From a virus, in IMG/VR virus record IMGVR_UViG_3300043392_000054, positions 32,001 to 96,000 of that record: a DNA stretch of 64,000 bases; one strand, written 5' to 3'. The translations under genes were made by a program, and so were the position numbers. Shown piece by piece: positions 58,557 through 64,000 of the stretch (the first letter of the stretch is position 1; every line of letters begins with the position of its first letter). The notes beneath the pieces are model-generated. The model saw only the letters and a program-made list of their open reading frames with translations, was not told where the DNA came from and made no database searches.

Positions 58557-59384
58557 ATGAAATTTTTAATTATACCAATTTCATTTATCCTATTTAATTG
58601 CACTGTTCCAGAAGCGATTGAAACTAATCCAGTTGTAGAAACAAAACCTGCAACTGGCATTAATTATTCAACAGCTACGCTTAATGGTGCTTTAATAGAT
58701 GAGGGCTGTATGTGCTCTGCGATTAATAGAGGTTTTGTTTATTCTGAGAGTAAAAAAGACCTATTAAATGGAACTTTAGTTAATGCTGGTAACGGTAATA
58801 AAGGTCCTATTTCCTTTAAGTTAGAAAATCTTAAAAAGGATACCAAGTATTATTTCAATACTTATGCTATTAATTCAACTGGAAAAATTTACGGTATAAT
58901 CGATAGTTTTATTACAAAACCTAAAATAATTGATAGCTTAATTATTAAACCGGGAGCATCTTGGGAATATAAGCTAGTTACGCCAGAAACTGGTTGGACT
59001 ATGGCTTATGGTACTTGGCCTAAAGGTAATGCACCATTTGGAAATCTTAAATCAACAAACCCAAGCGATTCATCATTTTTATTTAGTTATAATACTCTAT
59101 GGCCAGCTAAAAAAGTCTTATATGTTAGAAATAAAGTAGATTTAACTGAATATGACTTAAAGAGCATTAGATTTAGCATAGCTGTTGATAATGGTTACGA
59201 GTTAATTGTAAATGGCAAACTTGTCTCTAAAAAATACGCAAATTTCTATACTTATAGATGGGAGTATAGTGAAATCATACCTTCTTCATTCTTAAAAGAC
59301 GGAGAAAATATAATAGCCATAATCTTAACAGACGATGGAGGATACACTGCATTTGATATGCAATTAACTGGAAAAGCCCGATGA
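58557..59384 (+). CDS. Putative lipoprotein with FN3-like and carbohydrate-binding jelly-roll domains
   Basis: MKFLIIPISFILFNC lipobox-like; LKKDTKYYFNTYAIN (FN3-like); IAVDNGYELIVNG...GENIIAI (sugar-binding-domain-like). Confidence 0.6.
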   Translation: MKFLIIPISFILFNCTVPEAIETNPVVETKPATGINYSTATLNGALIDEGCMCSAINRGFVYSESKKDLLNGTLVNAGNGNKGPISFKLENLKKDTKYYFNTYAINSTGKIYGIIDSFITKPKIIDSLIIKPGASWEYKLVTPETGWTMAYGTWPKGNAPFGNLKSTNPSDSSFLFSYNTLWPAKKVLYVRNKVDLTEYDLKSIRFSIAVDNGYELIVNGKLVSKKYANFYTYRWEYSEIIPSSFLKDGENIIAIILTDDGGYTAFDMQLTGKAR

Positions 59385-60118
59385 GATACTTACTAATCTT
59401 ACTATTAATTTCGCAGGTTTCATATAGTAAACCGAAACATTATTCTAGAATAGTAACAACGCCTAGATTTGCAATATTTAGAGCTGACCCTTATTTTAGA
59501 AGATTCACGCCAATTAAATCCTTTTCAATACAAACTGGAGGTTCTGGTTATTTTGGAGACATTGCACCATTTAAAGTATATGGCACCACTGCTCTTAAAT
59601 CAGTTAGACCAAATTTAGGTGTAGAATATGCCCATAAGTTTAAAAAGAACTTAAGCTATAGAATCAATTTAAATTGGATTCAAATCTCATCAAGTGATAA
59701 GTATTATGATTCTTGTTCATCGTATACTGCTAACTTTATAAGAGGTGCTAGTTTTACAACAAATATGTTAGAATATACAACAGCATTTCAGTATGATATG
59801 CCAATTGGTAAATTTACACCTTATGTTTTTGCTGGCTTTGGTGGTTTTATTTATAATAGACCTGAAGATAAACAATTAGATGCATCTCTTTCTGTACCAG
59901 TCGGAGCTGGCATTAAAACTAAGTTAAGCGACCATTTTGATATTGGTGCAGAATTAAATTATAGATATACATCAACTGATAAATTAGATGGCATAACTGA
60001 TGATGCAAAATATACAGGACCAAAGATTCCAAGCATTATGATTGGTCCAGATTTATTCTATACCCTTCAAATCAAATTAACTTATCATTTTTTAGTTGAT
60101 ACTAATTGTCCACGTTAA
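59381..60118 (+). CDS. Outer-membrane beta-barrel protein (DUF6089/PorT-like) with signal peptide
   Basis: GGSGYFGDI, FTPYVFAGFG, SVPVGAGIK, ELNYRYTSTDKLDG, D-x-F-Y...LTYHF are typical of Bacteroidota barrels. Confidence 0.7.
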   Translation: MRYLLILLLISQVSYSKPKHYSRIVTTPRFAIFRADPYFRRFTPIKSFSIQTGGSGYFGDIAPFKVYGTTALKSVRPNLGVEYAHKFKKNLSYRINLNWIQISSSDKYYDSCSSYTANFIRGASFTTNMLEYTTAFQYDMPIGKFTPYVFAGFGGFIYNRPEDKQLDASLSVPVGAGIKTKLSDHFDIGAELNYRYTSTDKLDGITDDAKYTGPKIPSIMIGPDLFYTLQIKLTYHFLVDTNCPR

Positions 60119-60135
60119 ATTAAACAAATATAAAT

Positions 60136-60369
60136 ATGAACAAAAATCTTTTTAAAGGACTTCTTTTTATATTAGGAAGCTTACTATTAATTTCAGTTTA
60201 TTATGTTGCTTCATCGAAAAAACAGTATCCAATTCATGTTGATGGTCAAACTGAATATCGTCGTTATGAATACGATTGCGATAGCATTGTAGGAAATTAT
60301 GCATATCGCGATGGTGTAAAATTAAAATTGGCTGGCAAAACTGAACATTTTTTCAATGAAGAAAAATAA
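60136..60369 (+). CDS. Small membrane-anchored hypothetical protein
   Basis: Single N-terminal hydrophobic helix. Confidence 0.55.
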   Translation: MNKNLFKGLLFILGSLLLISVYYVASSKKQYPIHVDGQTEYRRYEYDCDSIVGNYAYRDGVKLKLAGKTEHFFNEEK

Positions 60370-60398
60370 TTGAAAAATAAAGGCTTAAAAATTTTGGG

Positions 60399-60423
60399 TT
60401 GTCATCTTTTTTTAGTAGATTTA
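60399..60423 (+). promoter_or_regulatory. Early / host-sigma-type promoter
   Basis: TTGTC-N12-TAGATTTA. Confidence 0.65.
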
Positions 60424-60449
60424 CAGTATATCAATAACGAATACTAATT

Positions 60450-60689
60450 ATGATGACATTGAATCCACAAGCTGAAATGGTTTACTTACGTTCTGGTAAT
60501 GCCTATGTTGATTATACTAATCGCGTTCTTCATTTAATTACAGTTGATTCTGAGTTTAATGAAGTTATTAACTCAGTACCCTTTGACCAAGTAAATAGCA
60601 GCATATTTTTTGATTTGTCGGAAGAAGATTATAACATTCTTTATGCTGCATGTTGGGACCTTCCTCTTGAAGAAAAATCAAGTTTATAA
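60450..60689 (+). CDS. Early hypothetical protein
   Basis: 79-aa acidic ORF after an early promoter. Confidence 0.55.
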   Translation: MMTLNPQAEMVYLRSGNAYVDYTNRVLHLITVDSEFNEVINSVPFDQVNSSIFFDLSEEDYNILYAACWDLPLEEKSSL

Positions 60690-60706
60690 AATTAAATTCA
60701 AATATA

Positions 60707-61441
60707 ATGCCACAAATATTTAAAGTAGGAGGTTGCGTAAGAGATAAGTTACTTGGAATAGAATCTAAGGACATTGATTTTACATTTGTCTTAGATGATG
60801 AAAGAACTGTTGAAGAGGGTTTTGAAATCATGAAAGATTGGTTAGATGACCATGATTTTACTATCTTTTTAAGCACTCCAGAATGTTTTACAATCAGAGC
60901 TAAGTTTCCATCAGGCCACAAAAATGAAGGCATGGTAGCTGACTTTGTGTTAGCCAGAAAGGAAGTTGGCTACGAAGAAGGAACTCGCAGACCTATTTTA
61001 GAAATTGGAACCTTAGAAGATGATTTAATTCGTCGAGATTTTACGGTTAATGCAATCGCAGAAAACGAAGACGGCATGCTAATCGACCCATTTGGTGGAG
61101 GTCAAGATATTATTGATGGAGTTTTAAGAACACCAATGGACCCAATGGTCACTTTAATGGATGACCCATTACGAATCTTACGAGCTTTTAGATTCTCATT
61201 AACTAAGAACTTCTTAATGGATGAGAAATTACAAGCTGCTATTTCACAGCGAGAAGCATGGGACAAAATGAAATTGGTAGTTAGTCAAGAGCGCATTAGA
61301 GAAGAACTCACTAAATGTTTTAAGCATGATACAATTTCTACCCTAGGCATGTTATTTGTAATTGAAGAACAGATTCCTGGAGTTGTTGCTGATATTTTAC
61401 TTGCAAATGGATTGTGGTTGAAACCAACTACAGAATTATAG
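60707..61441 (+). CDS. cca: Class II tRNA nucleotidyltransferase (CCA-adding / poly(A) polymerase family), compact
   Basis: VGGCVRD, KDIDF, RRDFTVNA, DDPLRILRAFRF, ERIREELTK. Confidence 0.85.
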   Translation: MPQIFKVGGCVRDKLLGIESKDIDFTFVLDDERTVEEGFEIMKDWLDDHDFTIFLSTPECFTIRAKFPSGHKNEGMVADFVLARKEVGYEEGTRRPILEIGTLEDDLIRRDFTVNAIAENEDGMLIDPFGGGQDIIDGVLRTPMDPMVTLMDDPLRILRAFRFSLTKNFLMDEKLQAAISQREAWDKMKLVVSQERIREELTKCFKHDTISTLGMLFVIEEQIPGVVADILLANGLWLKPTTEL

Positions 61442-61454
61442 ATATAAATATAAT

Positions 61455-61574
61455 ATGGAAACAATCATTTTTTTATTTTTAACAGCAACCGTTATTTCTC
61501 TTATTGCAATTGCATGGGACAATAAAATTAATCACAACCCAAACGAAGAAGAAACAGAAGATAACACATATTAA
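61455..61574 (+). CDS. 39-aa single-TM peptide (not in the ORF track)
   Basis: METIIFYFLTATVISLIAIAWDNKINHNPNEEETEDNTY. Confidence 0.45.
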   Translation: METIIFLFLTATVISLIAIAWDNKINHNPNEEETEDNTY

Positions 61575-61584
61575 ATTTTAACAA

Positions 61585-61932
61585 ATGCAAGACGAATCAA
61601 TCCGACCATGGGGTCATTATGAAATTTTATCAGAATCATCTCATAGTAAAGTAAAACAAATTACAGTTAAACCAGGTAAAAGACTTTCATATCAATATCA
61701 TCATCATAGGTCTGAGATTTGGATTATTGTTTCAGGTAGTGGAATTTTTACCCTAGATGGACAAACTTCAATGGTTATTGTAGGAGATACATTACGTATA
61801 CCAGTAGAAGCAAGGCATCGAATAGAAAACAATAGTCAAGACCAGGATTTAATATTCATAGAAGTTCAACGAGGAACCTATTTTGGAGAAGATGACATCA
61901 TTAGAATTGAAGATGATTTTGATAGAAAATAA
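61585..61932 (+). CDS. Cupin, mannose-6-phosphate isomerase type II C-terminal-like
   Basis: RPWGHY, VKPGKRLSYQYHHHRSEIW, HRIEN, EDDIIRIEDD. Confidence 0.85.
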   Translation: MQDESIRPWGHYEILSESSHSKVKQITVKPGKRLSYQYHHHRSEIWIIVSGSGIFTLDGQTSMVIVGDTLRIPVEARHRIENNSQDQDLIFIEVQRGTYFGEDDIIRIEDDFDRK

Positions 61933-61988
61933 TTTTAAAATTTATTGAAAAAAAAGCCCAAATATTTTTTTATTTGGGCTTTTTTTTG

Positions 61989-61996
61989 TAGATTTG
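61989..61996 (+). promoter_or_regulatory. Bacteroidota-type -7 element overlapping an A/T-flanked hairpin
   Basis: TAGATTTG just after AAAAAAAGCCCAAAT...ATTTGGGCTTTTTTT. Confidence 0.55.
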
Positions 61997-62032
61997 TATT
62001 GTAATTAAATAACAACTTAAAAAAATACAATT

Positions 62033-62410
62033 ATGGGATGTTTTAGCTTTATTTGCAAAGAGAGTGGTTTACCAGTTGCTTCAGATTCTTTTTCTGGCGA
62101 CGCTGTTCGTATGTACTTATTGGTAAATGGTAAAGTAGTTGAAGAGATGCGAGGTCATTATGATTCATATGGTAGAGTGTTTAAATCCGATTTTGATACA
62201 TCATTTGAATGGAAAATGGATTGGGACAAAGCAGTTGACTTAATGTTTGATGAAGATAAAAGTAATGGTATGGCTGTTGTTTTAGAAAAATACTTTAACG
62301 GTAATATACCAACTACTCGTAGTGAAAGCGACCGAAACCAAGGTTGGGGGAATCCAAATGGTGGACAAGCTAAAATTAGCGAACCTGTTCATATTGTTTA
62401 TGAATATTGA
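62033..62410 (+). CDS. Early hypothetical protein
   Basis: MGCFSFICK...GHYDSYGRV. Confidence 0.65.
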   Translation: MGCFSFICKESGLPVASDSFSGDAVRMYLLVNGKVVEEMRGHYDSYGRVFKSDFDTSFEWKMDWDKAVDLMFDEDKSNGMAVVLEKYFNGNIPTTRSESDRNQGWGNPNGGQAKISEPVHIVYEY

Positions 62411-62437
62411 AACCTTTTCTTAAAGGGTAAATATAAC
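62409..62437 (+). promoter_or_regulatory. Putative middle promoter (glycosylase)
   Basis: GAAAC-N18-TATAAC. Confidence 0.5.
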
Positions 62438-62499
62438 TAAGGTCTTTTCCCGGTTGAAAGGTTATCTTTAAAGGGGACTTATAATTAAAAAAATCATAT

Positions 62500-63303
62500 A
62501 TGCCAGAATTAGCAGAATTAATACTAACGGCCGATTATATTAATGAGATTGCAAAAGACAAAGTCTTTTATGCTATAGTAAAAAATCCAGTGCACAAAGG
62601 CTTAGACATTTCACAAGATATACAAGCTCCTTTTACTATTAAAGCTAAAAGCAGAGGAAAAGAATTAAAGCTTGAACTTAATTCACTTCCAGATTCTAAT
62701 TTATATATTTCTGCTAATTTAATGATGACAATGGGTATGGCTGGTCATTTTAAATGGGTTAAAAATGGATTTGTAGAGAAGCACGCTCATCTTATATTTA
62801 AATCGGATGAAGGTTCTTTAGCCTTTGTGGATGTTAGACGGTTTGGTAAATGGAAATGGGGATATTGGGGAGAAGACCGAGGGCCAGACCCAATTAATGA
62901 CTTTCAAAACTTTGTCAGAAATATTAAAAACAATCTTCATAAAAGGGATTTTGATAAGCCTATTTGTGAAGTCTTAATGAATCAAAAATACTTTAATGGT
63001 ATTGGTAACTATTTAAGAGCTGAAATCTTATACAGGACTGATATTAATCCATTTATGTCAGCTAGACAAGCATTACAATTAGCTCCTGAAATTTATAAGC
63101 TATGTAAATGGGCACCGATGCAAGCCTATAATTTAGGAGGAGGTCAATTAAAAGATTGGCAAAATCCATTCGGTCCATATAAAGAAATGATGAAAAGCTG
63201 GGATGAATTTATGATTTGCTATGGAAATAAAAATATGGCAAAGGTCGAAGACCGAAACGGTAGAACTTTCTGGTATGACCCTAAATGGAAGACTGATATA
63301 TAA
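62500..63303 (+). CDS. Fpg/Nei-family DNA glycosylase, NEIL1-like (zincless finger)
   Basis: N-terminal PE, RGKEL, GMAG, DVRRFG, H2TH FNGIGNYLRAEILY, C-terminal DRNGRTFWY with no CxxC. Confidence 0.9.
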   Translation: MPELAELILTADYINEIAKDKVFYAIVKNPVHKGLDISQDIQAPFTIKAKSRGKELKLELNSLPDSNLYISANLMMTMGMAGHFKWVKNGFVEKHAHLIFKSDEGSLAFVDVRRFGKWKWGYWGEDRGPDPINDFQNFVRNIKNNLHKRDFDKPICEVLMNQKYFNGIGNYLRAEILYRTDINPFMSARQALQLAPEIYKLCKWAPMQAYNLGGGQLKDWQNPFGPYKEMMKSWDEFMICYGNKNMAKVEDRNGRTFWYDPKWKTDI

Positions 63304-63319
63304 AATATAAATTTGTAAA

Positions 63320-63766
63320 ATGGTTATTAAACTAAATTCTGGAGAAGAGTGCAACCTATCTTTCTCTAATAACTGTGTCAAACTCACAAATTGGTCTAGC
63401 AGAAATTTATTTGCAGAGTGGTATAAAAATGGTGAATTTTATGGTAGCATGCCAGTCAATGGTCATACTTGGGCTGCAATGCCATTTGACTCAATTGATG
63501 AGTGGAAAATTGATATAGTTGGCGAATATTCATTTACAAATTCTTTACAAGGTAAAAATGTTTTAATTAATGCTACGTTAGAATCAAATGATGCAATAGA
63601 AAAACTAAATCAATTCTGTAAAGATGCATATATAAAACATAAGTGTCATATTTACGTATACACTAAAATGAGTCATCTATTAAATTTAAAATCTGAATAT
63701 TTTCAAACTCTTAGACTAAATAATCAAATTGAAATAATGAGTTTAGGTTTAAATAAAACTTTTTAA
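63320..63766 (+). CDS. Hypothetical protein
   Basis: GATATATA at 63295; 148-aa ORF. Confidence 0.55.
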   Translation: MVIKLNSGEECNLSFSNNCVKLTNWSSRNLFAEWYKNGEFYGSMPVNGHTWAAMPFDSIDEWKIDIVGEYSFTNSLQGKNVLINATLESNDAIEKLNQFCKDAYIKHKCHIYVYTKMSHLLNLKSEYFQTLRLNNQIEIMSLGLNKTF

Positions 63767-63767
63767 T

Positions 63768-64000
63768 ATGGACAATTTAGTACAGATTTATGATAATTTT
63801 ATACCTGTAGATTATTGTAATAGAATTATTGCAGAGTTTGAATTAGACCCTAATATAATGGAAGGTGTATCAGGTGTTGGAGTTAATCATAATATCAAAA
63901 AGTCAACTGATTTAATGATAGCTTCTAGATTGCATTCTCCTGTATGGAATGAAATTTATCAATATATTAATGAAGCTCTTTTACACGCATGCGTTGATTA
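63768..64000 (+). CDS. Probable 2OG-Fe(II) oxygenase, 3'-truncated by the window edge
   Basis: MDNLVQIYDNFIPVDYCNRII...IKKSTDL resembles prolyl-hydroxylase-like N-termini; catalytic motifs would lie outside the window. Confidence 0.5.
   Translation, partial: MDNLVQIYDNFIPVDYCNRIIAEFELDPNIMEGVSGVGVNHNIKKSTDLMIASRLHSPVWNEIYQYINEALLHACVD

Noticed and set aside
1717-63387. Many short minus-strand ORFs in the track (e.g. 1717, 3056, 12234, 21535, 31120, 36470, 46150, 52988, 60568, 63148)
   Set aside because: They lie antisense within well-supported + strand genes and show the Ser/Leu/Phe-rich shadow composition expected from the reverse of Lys/Glu-rich genes.
1-64000. CRISPR array, IS/transposase, integrase or DGR
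   Set aside because: No regularly spaced direct repeats, terminal inverted repeats, or recombinase/reverse-transcriptase motifs. The gp4 TnsA-like fold is a standard head-completion gene.
1-64000. Stop-codon reassignment (code 15 or 4)
   Set aside because: Core genes translate full length in code 11 and TAG, TGA and TAA all act as stops; the tRNA reads Ser TCN and is not a suppressor.

Overview
A 64-kb piece of a large, AT-rich T4-like myophage genome, almost all on the + strand and read in the standard genetic code. The host is probably a Bacteroidota member: promoters resemble the TAnnTTTG -7 element, I saw no Shine-Dalgarno pattern, and there is a PorT/DUF6089-like outer-membrane barrel gene. 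Gene order: (1) two RNA-ligase-like nucleotidyltransferases (one fused to an HxGH cytidylyltransferase-like domain), a nuclease-like protein and apparent head-packaged proteins; (2) a probable DNA base-hypermodification cluster next to a dimeric dUTPase; (3) replication genes with a split family-B polymerase whose halves flank nrdB/nrdA and a probable clamp, then uvsX, gp41, gp47 and gp46; (4) late sigma factor and head, neck, terminase and tail genes (gp15, 55, 4, 2, 20, 21/22, 23, 14, 16, 17, 18, 19, 26/51-like, tape measure), interrupted by clamp loader and RNase H; (5) an accessory region with glycosyltransferase-like and 2OG-Fe(II) genes, tRNA-Ser(TGA), an exported nuclease, a lipoprotein plus beta-barrel, a CCA-adding enzyme and a NEIL1-like glycosylase. 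Three promoter classes are visible in the DNA. Best leads: the hypermodification cluster, the eukaryote-like NEIL1 homolog, the split polymerase, a capsid-targeting/protease-site system that includes a polyprotein, and a candidate +1 frameshift in the tail chaperone. All family assignments come from motif recognition and memory; no searches were run.
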